Source: Polyangia bacterium (GTDB lineage Bacteria; Myxococcota_A; Polyangia; HGW-17; JAJRWW01). Taken from it: a stretch of DNA of 32,744 nucleotides. Each line of letters opens with the position of its first letter. The first letter of the stretch is position 1. Positions 8,540 through 16,866 of this stretch are shown one piece after another. The DNA is taken from assembly GCA_034004785.1 (NCBI GenBank), contig JAVEWA010000010.1, positions 1-32,744 of the forward strand, read 5' to 3'. Under the pieces are notes generated by a model. It was not told the DNA's origin. It saw nothing but the letters and a program-made list of their open reading frames with translations, and made no database searches. The translations under genes and the position numbers were made by a program.

Positions 8540-9639
8540 AGACCATCGAGCGAGCCCTGCTGCTCCTCGGCCTCGCGGCCCTGGTCTCCATGCCCGCGCT
8601 CACTGGAGCGGCTCCCTTGGGAGCTCCAGCGAAGGGGGCCGCGAATCGGCACAGAGAGACGGTGGTCACCCTGTCGGCGGTGGGGGACGTGATGTTCGGC
8701 CGCTACAACCCCGACGGCCGCTACCGCCCCTTCGGCCTCGAGGAACCCTTCCGTTTAGTCAAGGCCTTGTGGGAGGGGCGGGACATCGTGCTCTGCAACC
8801 TGGAGACGCCCGTGGGGCCCAAGGCCTATGCCAAACCCTACCGGGGCTTGACCTTCAGGGCAGAGCCCCGGAGCGCCAGGCTGCTTCGTGAGGCAGGGTT
8901 CACCTTGGCCGTGACAGCCAACAACCACGCCTTCGACCAGAAGGACCAAGGCGTGAAGGATACCATCGCCCACCTCTCGGCGGCGGGGCTGGGCGTGGCA
9001 GGCACCGGCGCCACCCGGGAGGAGGCCTTCGCGCCCTACGTCTTCCAGAAGCGCGGAGTTAAGGTGGCTGTGATGGGCGTGACGCTCCTCAGGAACTATA
9101 CTCCCAAGGAGCAGATCGGTTTTCACGCCTACCTGAACGCCAAGGACGTCCACGCCGAGCTCCCTCGGAGAATCAGGGAGATCAGGGCCCGATACGACTT
9201 CTTCGTCCTCTCCATCCACTTCGGGGTGGAGTACTACCAGACCGTCTCCAGGTTCGATCGAACGCTCATGGACAAGCTCCAGGCCGCTGGGGTGGACGTG
9301 GTCATCGGACACCACCCGCACGTGCTGCGGCCCGTGGAGCATCGCGGCCCAATGGTGGTCTTCTACTCCCTCGGGAACTTCCTGTTCGACTACGAGATGA
9401 AGAACACCGGGAACGCCGGCGTGGCCGAGCTGGAGCTGGTCAAGCGGGGCGATCGGCGGGAGCTGAGGAAGGTCAGGTTCGTGCCCGTCTATCGCCACTG
9501 GCGTCGGATACCCGTGCCCGCCACCGGAGCCCACGGCAAGAGGATCCGCGCTGAGCTCCAGCGGATCGGCGCTCCCTTGAAGACCGGAACCCGTCTGCTC
9601 GAGGACGGCGAGGCCTTGAGCATCCTGCCTCCTTCATGA
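8536..9639 (+). CDS. CapA/PGA_cap-family metallophosphatase (poly-gamma-glutamate capsule biosynthesis CapA-like), secreted
   Basis: Its start and the upstream stop overlap as ATGA. The signal peptide is MKTIERALLLLGLAALVSMPALTGA. LSAVGDVMFGRY...LCNLETPV...ANNHAFDQ...GHHPHV match conserved blocks of the CapA family. Confidence 0.7.
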   Translation: MKTIERALLLLGLAALVSMPALTGAAPLGAPAKGAANRHRETVVTLSAVGDVMFGRYNPDGRYRPFGLEEPFRLVKALWEGRDIVLCNLETPVGPKAYAKPYRGLTFRAEPRSARLLREAGFTLAVTANNHAFDQKDQGVKDTIAHLSAAGLGVAGTGATREEAFAPYVFQKRGVKVAVMGVTLLRNYTPKEQIGFHAYLNAKDVHAELPRRIREIRARYDFFVLSIHFGVEYYQTVSRFDRTLMDKLQAAGVDVVIGHHPHVLRPVEHRGPMVVFYSLGNFLFDYEMKNTGNAGVAELELVKRGDRRELRKVRFVPVYRHWRRIPVPATGAHGKRIRAELQRIGAPLKTGTRLLEDGEALSILPPS

Positions 9640-9785
9640 CAGGCTGCTCGGGCGGCCAGGCAGCTTTTCCTCATCGGAGGTGGTCGGGGCTCGTGGCGAG
9701 CAGGGGCTAGTTCCCCCCTTTCCCCTTGACCCATGGCTCCGGCCGTTGGAACTATGGGCGCCAAGTGATCGTCGAGGGTTTGATC

Positions 9786-11372
9786 ATGCACCGAACGCGT
9801 ATTGGCATGCTCCCAGTCTTCCTGATCCTCGTGCCATCAGGTCTCGCCGCGGCGCCTGCCGTCGGGCCAGTCGCCCCTCGGGCGCCTCGCCCCCGAGCGG
9901 CCCAGGTCCAGCCGGACGCCGCCCAGGCCAGGCGCCAGCTGGAGGAGGTGAGGGCGGGCCTGGCTCGTCTGGACTCCCACCTGGATCAGGTGAAGGATCT
10001 GCACATCAGGCTGGCCAGGCTCGCCCAGGTGGTGGACCGGCTGGAGCGCTCGGCCCAGGCCCCGGCTGACCTGGAGCGCGAGATAAGCAGGCTTCGCCGT
10101 GATCTCGAGGCCCTGGCAGGTCGGGTGGAGGAGGGACGATTGGAGGTCTCACGCGTGCGGGCCTTTGTCCGGCATGGAGGATCGCGCCAGGGCGGTGGAG
10201 CGGGATACGATGGGGGCTTCTTCCTGGCCTCGCGAGGAGGCGGCTACAGGCTGCAGGTGAACGGCCTCGTGCAGTCGCGGTTCCAGGTGGGACAGGTGAC
10301 TGGCCCCGAGTCGCTCCAGCCCGCCGAGCCGGTGCACCTGCTGGGATTCGACATCCCGACCGGCCTCCTGGTGCTCGCAGGGCACATGTTCTCTCCTCGC
10401 TTCCAGTACAGGATCGAGATGGAGTTCGGCCCCTCGGGCATCGAGGCCAGAGACCTCGCCTTCCACTACCGACCGTGCCCCTATGTCGGCGTTACCTTCG
10501 GCCAGCTTCCGGTGCAGTTCTCACAGCAGATGTATCACTACCCCTACGAGATCCTGTTCGCAGACACGTCGGTGGCATCTTCCTACTATGGGCCCGGCTA
10601 CGACCTGGGCGTCCGGCTCCACTTCTATCAGTGGGGGGATCGGGTGTTCGAGGAGCTCTCGGTCCTCAACGGTGGCGGGCTGGGTGCCATCTCCAACGAC
10701 AACGTGGACCTCCTCTACCAGATACGGGCCGGGGTGCTGCCCCTCGGAGCAGTGCCCGACGAGGAGGGAGACTTTCGTCGGGGCGCCCGTCCGCCACGCT
10801 TTCGCCTTGCAGGGGGTTACTTCTTCATGCCCATGCCCACGGGCAGGGACCTGGACGGCAAGGAAGGAGTGGATGTCTCCTGGGTCCATCAGGCGGCTGC
10901 GGAGATATCCTTCTGGTGGCGCGGGTTCCATCTGAACGGCGAGCTCTACTATCGGTACGAGGATCGTGGCCGAGCGGTGACCCAGCTCCCCGTCCCAGAA
11001 CGGCGGCGCTCGCATCGTCTGGGCGGCTTCGGCCAGGCTGCCTACTTCATTCGTCCCATCCGGCTCGCCCTGGCGGGCCGCTACAGCTACGCCGAGCCGG
11101 TTTCGTTCTGGCGTAGGAAGCCCGAGGCCCTGGTTCCTGGTTGGTCCTCGCCCTTTGGCCTCGCCCCGAGTGCCTCGCTCGAGGGGCATGGCCAGCCAGA
11201 GGCTGTCCAAGAGGCTACGGCCGGGCTCATCTTCTTTGCCCTGCGCGGTCACCTGAAGCTCGTCCTTTCCTACACCTGGCTCTATGAAAAGGGCTACGCC
11301 CTCGAGGGCCGTCCAACCACCCCGTCCAGGCAAGGGCACCTCGTGACCCTGCTCGGCCAGGCGCGCTTCTAG
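9786..11372 (+). CDS. Putative outer-membrane beta-barrel (porin-like, OprO/P-type) protein with N-terminal signal peptide and an ~80-aa coiled-coil segment
   Basis: The signal peptide is MHRTRIGMLPVFLILVPSGLAAA. Heptad-rich LEEVRAGLARLDSHLDQVKDLHIRLARLAQVVDRLER follows. The C-terminal half has alternating amphipathic strands (GGFFLASRGGGYRLQVNGLVQSRFQV...) and ends in aromatic F (…QARF), the classic OMP signature. Confidence 0.55.
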   Translation: MHRTRIGMLPVFLILVPSGLAAAPAVGPVAPRAPRPRAAQVQPDAAQARRQLEEVRAGLARLDSHLDQVKDLHIRLARLAQVVDRLERSAQAPADLEREISRLRRDLEALAGRVEEGRLEVSRVRAFVRHGGSRQGGGAGYDGGFFLASRGGGYRLQVNGLVQSRFQVGQVTGPESLQPAEPVHLLGFDIPTGLLVLAGHMFSPRFQYRIEMEFGPSGIEARDLAFHYRPCPYVGVTFGQLPVQFSQQMYHYPYEILFADTSVASSYYGPGYDLGVRLHFYQWGDRVFEELSVLNGGGLGAISNDNVDLLYQIRAGVLPLGAVPDEEGDFRRGARPPRFRLAGGYFFMPMPTGRDLDGKEGVDVSWVHQAAAEISFWWRGFHLNGELYYRYEDRGRAVTQLPVPERRRSHRLGGFGQAAYFIRPIRLALAGRYSYAEPVSFWRRKPEALVPGWSSPFGLAPSASLEGHGQPEAVQEATAGLIFFALRGHLKLVLSYTWLYEKGYALEGRPTTPSRQGHLVTLLGQARF

Positions 11373-11383
11373 GAGCGGCTGGG

Positions 11384-11902
11384 TTGACCAAGGGCGAGGA
11401 TAAAAGCTCTGGCCTGGCTTCGAAATCCGAGGCCGGGGCCAGCGCCGCCTCCGTCTCGGAGAGCGCTGCCAAGGGAGGCCGGCAGGACAGGACCACGAGC
11501 CCCACTGGCTGGCGGCGGCCCGAGCTCAGGCGGAGATTGGCCCTGCTCGTATTGGTACTTGGGATGGCGGTGGTGGTGGCCTACTGGTCTCGAGGCCGGC
11601 CAGTGGAATTGGAGGTGATCTACGACTTCGGACCGAACGCCTCCAGAGTAGCCCGGATAGAGATCTCCTATGAGCTGAAGGGCAAGGGTTCCCAGCCAGT
11701 GGAGATGGACTTCCCATCCTCGGATGGGGCGCCCCGGCGCTGGCGGCACACCATGAGCCTCACGCCTGGCGACTACCTCGTGCGAGCTCGGGTTCACCTC
11801 CGGGCCGGGCCCGGGGGCGAGGCTGAGGTCAAGAGCTACTCACGGCAAGTGACGGTGAAGAGCGGGGAGGGTCAACGCTTGGTGCTCCGCCTCGCGCGGT
11901 AG
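11384..11902 (+). CDS. Hypothetical protein with one predicted transmembrane helix (TTG start per ORF track; true start uncertain)
   Basis: 172-aa ORF 12 nt after the porin gene. The hydrophobic segment LALLVLVLGMAVVVAYW sits in an Ala/Ser-rich N-terminal region. I recognise no domain in it. Confidence 0.4.
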   Translation: MTKGEDKSSGLASKSEAGASAASVSESAAKGGRQDRTTSPTGWRRPELRRRLALLVLVLGMAVVVAYWSRGRPVELEVIYDFGPNASRVARIEISYELKGKGSQPVEMDFPSSDGAPRRWRHTMSLTPGDYLVRARVHLRAGPGGEAEVKSYSRQVTVKSGEGQRLVLRLAR

Positions 11903-11948
11903 CATGGAGAGGCGTCCCCGGTAGCTCTAGAGTCATCCAAGGGGCGGC

Positions 11949-11977
11949 TTGTCGGGCCCCATGGCCATCGCTATAGT
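11949..11977 (+). promoter_or_regulatory. Near-consensus sigma-70 promoter TTGTCG-N17-TATAGT, 9 nt upstream of the ATG at 11987 (implies a leaderless or near-leaderless mRNA)
   Basis: -35 at 11949-11954 and -10 at 11972-11977 with a 17-nt spacer. The ATG at 11987 has no Shine-Dalgarno sequence in front of it. Confidence 0.4.
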
Positions 11978-11986
11978 ACTCCTCGC

Positions 11987-12850
11987 ATGTCTGCCGAGCT
12001 TACCGAGCTCCTCGACGAGCTCTCCGCCCGCATCGAGAAGCTCAAGATCGAGTACGAGAAGTACTTCCTGGGCATCGAGAAGCTGGAGCCCTCCGGGGAG
12101 CGGAGGGAGCTTGGCAAGACGGTAAGGCGCATGCAGACCGTGCCAACATCCAACACGGCCATCAAGTACCGTCTCAACTCCCTGCACCAGAGGTTCCTGT
12201 CCTACCAGAACTACTGGAACAGGATCCAGAGGGAGATCGAGGCGGGAACCTACAAGCGGGATCTGGCCCGCGTCGAGCGGGACCTGAAGCGCAAGGGGAT
12301 CGACGCCAAGCTCACGGGAGCCCGGACCAAGGGAGAGCTGGAGGCGGCCCTGGTGGAGCAGCTCCAGAAGCTGGGAGACGAGGAGCGTCGAAATGCTGCC
12401 TCTGGAGACCTGCGGCCTGCTCGGGAGGATGCCACCCCGCCTCCGATCCCTGGGCAGGCGTCCCCGCCTCCTCCTCCCGGACGAGCCATTCCGCCTCCGA
12501 TCCCCGGGCAGGTTTCCTCACCGCCTCCTCCCGGCCAGGCGTCCCCGCCTCCGATCTCCGGTCGGCCGCCGTTGCCTCCGCCTCCGCCGGTCGGCTCGCG
12601 TCCGCCGCAGGTGCCCGCGGCTGCGGCCGCGGATGACACCGATGCCCGCATGAGACGTCTCTACCGGGCCTACATCGCGGCCAAGCGCAAGGTGGGTGAA
12701 CCCACCGAAGACGTGACCTACGAGCGGCTGGTGAGCACCCTTCAGAAACAGGTGCCCAAGATACAGGAGCAGACTGGCTGCAGCCACGTGGACTTCAAGA
12801 TCGAGATCCGCGGGGGTAAGGCCATCCTCAAGGCTGTCCCCCGCTCCTAG
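11987..12850 (+). CDS. Conserved hypothetical protein: N-terminal helical domain, central proline-rich triple repeat (PPPIPGQASPPPPPG), conserved C-terminal domain
   Basis: 287-aa ORF with a clean ATG. It is the only ORF in this stretch with a strong promoter in front of it. The low-complexity P-rich linker lies between about 12430 and 12600. Confidence 0.65.
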   Translation: MSAELTELLDELSARIEKLKIEYEKYFLGIEKLEPSGERRELGKTVRRMQTVPTSNTAIKYRLNSLHQRFLSYQNYWNRIQREIEAGTYKRDLARVERDLKRKGIDAKLTGARTKGELEAALVEQLQKLGDEERRNAASGDLRPAREDATPPPIPGQASPPPPPGRAIPPPIPGQVSSPPPPGQASPPPISGRPPLPPPPPVGSRPPQVPAAAAADDTDARMRRLYRAYIAAKRKVGEPTEDVTYERLVSTLQKQVPKIQEQTGCSHVDFKIEIRGGKAILKAVPRS

Positions 12851-12858
12851 CTGCTCGA

Positions 12859-12884
12859 AGGGCCCGCGGGGGCTCTCGGGCCCT
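12859..12884. terminator. GC-rich hairpin (AGGGCCCG-loop10-CGGGCCCT) between the convergent genes ending at 12850 (+) and 12904 (-); candidate bidirectional terminator without a U-tract
   Basis: A perfect 8-bp inverted repeat read directly from the sequence. Confidence 0.3.
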
Positions 12885-12903
12885 AGAGTGAGTCGCGGGG
12901 GCC

Positions 12904-14430
12904 CTACCGCCAGAGCCGTCTGGACATCAGCTCCAGGAGTGGGCGGCAGGATTCGGGGTCGATAGCGCTCAGGCAGATGCGATCCGGGCCTCGGCAGGCG
13001 AGGGCCTGCCCACGATCAGGCAGCCGGTCCACCTTGTTCCACACCACCACTCGCTCGATCTCGCCCAGGCTGAGATCCGCGAGGATTCGATCCACTGCCT
13101 CCAAACGGTCCTCCCAGGAGGGCTCCGAGGCGTCCACCAGGTGGATGAGCATGTCGGCGTCCCCGAGCTCCTCCAGGGTGGCGCGGAAGGCCTGCGTGAG
13201 ATCCTTGGGCAGCTCCCGTATGAAGCCGACGGTGTCGGTGAGGACCAGCTCGCGCTCCTCGGGGAAGCGCAGCCTCCTGGTGGTGGGATCCAGCGTTGCG
13301 AAGAGCTTGTCCTCGGTGAAGACGTGGCTGCTGGTGAGGCTGTTGAGGAGGGTGGACTTGCCGGCGTTCGTGTAGCCAACTATGGCTACCACGGGCAGCT
13401 CTCGCCGCTTCCGTCTTTGCCGGGTGAGGGCGCGCCGCCGGGAGATGGCGTCTATCTCCCGTTCGAGCTGGGATATACGCTCCCTGGCTCGCCTTCTGTT
13501 GATCTCCAGCTTGGTCTCTCCGGGGCCACGCCCCCCTATACCGCCGGTCAGGCGGCTCATCATGGTGTTCTTCACGACCAGGCGGGGCAGGGCGTAGCGG
13601 AGCTGGGCCAGCTCTACCTGGAGCTTCCCTTCGCGGCTCACCGCCCGCTGCGCGAAGATGTCCAGGATGAGCATGGTGCGATCGACGACCTTCAGCTCCG
13701 TGAAGTCACCGATGGCCCGGGACTGCGCGGGAGAGAGGTCGGGGTCCACGAGCAGGATCTCGGCCCCGAGCTGCATGGCCCGCATGACGACCTCTTCCAG
13801 CTTGCCGCGGCCCACGAGGAGCCTGGGGTCCGGGGCAGGGCGGCGCTGGTGGAAGACCTCCAGGATCTCCACTCCAGCCGTGCGCGCGAGCTCCTGGATC
13901 TCCCTAATCCTGTCCTGGGCGGCCTCCCTGGACTCTCTGGTAACGCAAACCAGGAGGGCGGGGGGCTGGCCCGGCTCCACGCGCAGCGTGCGGTCGGCTC
14001 CAGCGAAGGTTTCCTCGAGCCAGGCGATCAGGCGGGCGAAGTCCACGGGGGGCAGGTGAACGAGCTGGGGAGGCTCCACCTGGTGCCTGTCTCCCCCCGG
14101 GGTCGCCGGGAGGAGGTGCGCGTACTGCATTCGCACGGGGGCTTCCTCGGCGGCCTGGTGCAGGGAGGCCACCAGATCGAGCCTGAGGAGGGCGAGATCG
14201 GTCAGGTCGTCCTCGTTTAGCTCCACCGAGCCGAGGTGGGTGTGCACCAGGCGGAGGCCGCGGAAGCGGCCGCGGCCCGCCCGGAGCCGACCGAAGTCCG
14301 GCAGGAGCATCCGGCGGGCGTCTCCGACGAAGACGGCCTCGACCTGTCCGCGCCTGTCGAGGAAGAGGCCCACCTGGCGACCCATCTCCTGGGAGAGCTG
14401 GCACATGGTCTGGGCCAGCTCGGGTGACAC
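12904..14430 (-). CDS. hflX: GTPase HflX, with an N-terminal extension of about 100-150 aa compared with the E. coli protein; start codon ambiguous (GTG at 14430, ATG at 14406 or ATG at 14130)
   Basis: RTMLILDIFAQRAVSREGKLQVELAQLRYALPRL, GGIGGRGPGETKLE and VAIVGYTNAGKSTLLN (G1), DTVGF (G3) and NKVD (G4) are highly diagnostic of HflX. Confidence 0.85.
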   Translation of the reverse strand: MSPELAQTMCQLSQEMGRQVGLFLDRRGQVEAVFVGDARRMLLPDFGRLRAGRGRFRGLRLVHTHLGSVELNEDDLTDLALLRLDLVASLHQAAEEAPVRMQYAHLLPATPGGDRHQVEPPQLVHLPPVDFARLIAWLEETFAGADRTLRVEPGQPPALLVCVTRESREAAQDRIREIQELARTAGVEILEVFHQRRPAPDPRLLVGRGKLEEVVMRAMQLGAEILLVDPDLSPAQSRAIGDFTELKVVDRTMLILDIFAQRAVSREGKLQVELAQLRYALPRLVVKNTMMSRLTGGIGGRGPGETKLEINRRRARERISQLEREIDAISRRRALTRQRRKRRELPVVAIVGYTNAGKSTLLNSLTSSHVFTEDKLFATLDPTTRRLRFPEERELVLTDTVGFIRELPKDLTQAFRATLEELGDADMLIHLVDASEPSWEDRLEAVDRILADLSLGEIERVVVWNKVDRLPDRGQALACRGPDRICLSAIDPESCRPLLELMSRRLWR

Positions 14431-14580
14431 GATCTGCTGTGGCGCGACCCTCCGGCGATGGAGTCGCTCGAGGGCCCGAACCTGGCTGGGTTTGAGGCCG
14501 AGCGTATTTCCGGTGATGGACGGCAGGGGCGGAAGGACTCTCTGGGGAAGCGGCGAAGGTTAGCCCGGTGGCCTGGGAGC

Positions 14581-16698
14581 TCAGCCCTCTTCCGTGTCTT
14601 GGAACTGCTCCTCGAGCAGGGTGAGGGCCACTACAAGGGCCTTCTTGATGTTGGCCACGACGGCGCCATCTGTTTGGATCTTGTCCACCGCGGCGGAGAT
14701 CTGACTGCCCTGCTCCTTGAGATCCGCGGCGAGGGCACGGTTCTGCTCCTCCACTTCTTGCTTGGCTTTTTCGAGCTCGGCTATGCGGCTCTCGAGAGCG
14801 CTAACCTTGCCAGCGTGCTGCCCCCTGAGCTCGTCCATGGCCCCCTGGTTCTGGCTGCGCAGCGCCTTCATCTCGCCGTCGTGAGAGACCTTGAGGGCGT
14901 CGGTGGCCGCCGCGTGCTCGTCGCGCAGCCGCTCTAGCTCGCCGCCATGAGAGACCCGTAGGGCGTCGGTGGCCGCCGCGTGCTCGTCGCGCAGCCGCTG
15001 GAGGTCGCTCTGGTGAGCTCCCTTGAGAGCGTCCAGGTCGGCCTGGTGCCCCGAGCGGAGCTCCTCCTCGGCCTTGCTCTTGCGGTCCTCGAGGGCGGCG
15101 AGGGCGCTCTCGCGGCGGGCCTCGGCCTCCTCCAGGGCCGCCGCGGCCTCCTCGGCCTTGTGGGCAAGTGCGTCCCTGTGCTCCGCCTCGAGGGCGGCGA
15201 TGCGGGCCTCGTGCTCGGCGCGGAGGCTCCCCATGGCCGTCTCATGGGAGCTCTTCAGGGAGGAGATGGAGCCGGCATGCTCTCGCTCGAGAGCAGCCAC
15301 CCGCGAGTCGTTCGCCTCCTTCTGGGCCGAGAGGGCGGCCTCGTGCTCCTCCTTGAGCCGGAGGGTCTCTCCGGCATGGCGGTTCTTCAGACTGGCGAGC
15401 TCCTCGGCGTGGGCGCTCCTCGTCCCCTCCAGCTCCTCCTTTGCGGCCTTCAGCTCCGCGGCTCCTCGGGCTTCGAGCTCTAGTAGGTGGTCCTCCTTCT
15501 GGGTGAGAGCTTTCTCCTTGTCCGCGAGCAGGGCTTCCTTCTCGCGAAGCAAGCCCTCGAGGGCGCCTACCTTCGCGAGGGCCCCTTGCTTGTCCGCTTC
15601 CAGGGCGGCGATCCGCTCGTTGAGCTCCACCCTGGCGCCCTCCAGGTCCAGGTTCTGGCTGTCGAGGTCCTGCTTGGCTCGCTCGAGAAGCGTGATCCTG
15701 TCCCTCCCGTCCAGGATCTCCCGGTCCTTGGCCATGAGCTGGTCCTTCAGGTCGAGAACCTCTTTCTCCTTCTTGTTGATGACCCCGCGGAGGTTCAAGA
15801 ACTCCCGATCCCGGTCGCCGGAGGAGCTCTTCGCCGCCGGTGCGGATTTCAGCGAGTTCAACTCGGAGAGGAGCTGGTCGCGCTCCTGCCTCAACGCATT
15901 CAATTCCTTGAGATCCAGGGCAGCGGGGGCAGGGGCGGGGGCAGTGGCTGGCTGGGCTGCCTCCGCGGCCGCGCTGTCGGCCACCTCCTCCAGGCCCAGG
16001 TCGAGGCCGCCCACGACCTCCTCCTCGACGGGGGACTCCGTATCCTCCCTGGGCGGCGCAGGGTCGCCGATGATCTCCTCTTCGACCACGGCATCCTGGG
16101 TCATCTCGGCGGCATCGTTGAAGTTGAGGTCGAAGTCCTCCTCGGCCCCGAGCTGATCCTCCGCACTGCTCCCTTTCTCGTCCTTTGCTCCGAGGTTGCT
16201 AAGAGCGGCGCTCGTCTCCTCGAGTAGCTCGGAGTCCACCCCCGTGTGCTCCTCGTCGAAGGCCAGATCGATCCCTTCGTCCAGGGGGATTTCATCCAAG
16301 GCCTCCTCGTCTTGGCCCTGGGGGAGGATTGCTTGGACCTTCTTCAGGAAGTCGTCGATTGAGAAGTCGGCGCCCTTCAGGATGTATTCGTCTGCCCTGG
16401 TCTTGAGCTTCCTGTGCTGCTCGAAGGTCTCGGGCGTGGCCTCGGAGCTCATGATGAGGAGGGGAACGTCCTTCAGGCGGGTGCTCTTCTTGAGCTTGTT
16501 GCACACTGCGTAGCCGCTCATCTTCGGGAGCTCCACGCACAGGACGATGAGGGACGGGGGGAAATCCTTGGCATGGGCCAGCCCGTCAGCGCCATCGCTC
16601 AAGATCTCGCTCGTGAAGCCCAGCGGAGACAGGGCGTCAGACAGGTGGTTGGCAAAGGCGCTGTCGCTTTCGATGATGAGGGCGGTCTTGTTTGGCAT
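14581..16698 (-). CDS. FrzS/AglZ-like protein: N-terminal response-regulator-like (pseudo-receiver) domain, an acidic linker, then about 450 aa of coiled coil built from degenerate ~22-aa repeats
   Basis: N-terminus MPNKTALIIESDSAF...LIVLCVELPKMSGYAVCNKLKK...FEQHRKLKTRADEYILK resembles the M. xanthus FrzS pseudo-receiver, in particular the HRKLK.ADEY motif. In my alignment Cys occupies the phospho-acceptor Asp position. The remainder is Glu/Ala/Leu/Arg/Lys-rich heptad sequence. Confidence 0.75.
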   Translation of the reverse strand: MPNKTALIIESDSAFANHLSDALSPLGFTSEILSDGADGLAHAKDFPPSLIVLCVELPKMSGYAVCNKLKKSTRLKDVPLLIMSSEATPETFEQHRKLKTRADEYILKGADFSIDDFLKKVQAILPQGQDEEALDEIPLDEGIDLAFDEEHTGVDSELLEETSAALSNLGAKDEKGSSAEDQLGAEEDFDLNFNDAAEMTQDAVVEEEIIGDPAPPREDTESPVEEEVVGGLDLGLEEVADSAAAEAAQPATAPAPAPAALDLKELNALRQERDQLLSELNSLKSAPAAKSSSGDRDREFLNLRGVINKKEKEVLDLKDQLMAKDREILDGRDRITLLERAKQDLDSQNLDLEGARVELNERIAALEADKQGALAKVGALEGLLREKEALLADKEKALTQKEDHLLELEARGAAELKAAKEELEGTRSAHAEELASLKNRHAGETLRLKEEHEAALSAQKEANDSRVAALEREHAGSISSLKSSHETAMGSLRAEHEARIAALEAEHRDALAHKAEEAAAALEEAEARRESALAALEDRKSKAEEELRSGHQADLDALKGAHQSDLQRLRDEHAAATDALRVSHGGELERLRDEHAAATDALKVSHDGEMKALRSQNQGAMDELRGQHAGKVSALESRIAELEKAKQEVEEQNRALAADLKEQGSQISAAVDKIQTDGAVVANIKKALVVALTLLEEQFQDTEEG
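14872..15003. repeat. Tandem duplication of a 66-bp unit (2 copies, ~90% identical, with a 40-nt identical core) inside the coiled-coil gene; it encodes RLRDEHAAATDALRVSHGGELE / RLRDEHAAATDALKVSHDGEMK
   Basis: Unit A runs 14872-14937 and unit B 14938-15003. The core ggcgtcggtggccgccgcgtgctcgtcgcgcagccgct is identical in both. Confidence 0.75.
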
Positions 16699-16753
16699 CT
16701 GGGGCTGACTCTCGTGCTGGTTCGGGATCCGCGAGCTGATTTCGCTCGGGACG

Positions 16754-16783
16754 ATAATACGGAAATGGGGATTCCTACGTCAA
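16754..16783 (-). promoter_or_regulatory. Candidate sigma-70 promoter for the FrzS-like gene (minus-strand TTGACG-N18-TATTAT) in an unusually AT-rich patch
   Basis: The reverse complement of 16754-16783 reads ttgacgtaggaatccccatttccgtattat. This is about 55 nt upstream of the start at 16698, and GAGAG lies 12 nt before the ATG. Confidence 0.3.
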
Positions 16784-16866
16784 AGGAATAGTTGGCGAAA
16801 CCGGGTGGAGGCGGGATGGCTTCGCTCGGGAAGGGGAGGGCGGGCAAAATCGGCCGGTCGGGCCGG

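Noticed and set aside
13141-14220. 359-aa plus-strand ORF
   Set aside because: It is antisense to hflX.
15023-16227. 377-aa and 246-aa plus-strand ORFs
   Set aside because: They are antisense to the coiled-coil gene and translate to Ser/Ala/Arg-rich low-complexity.
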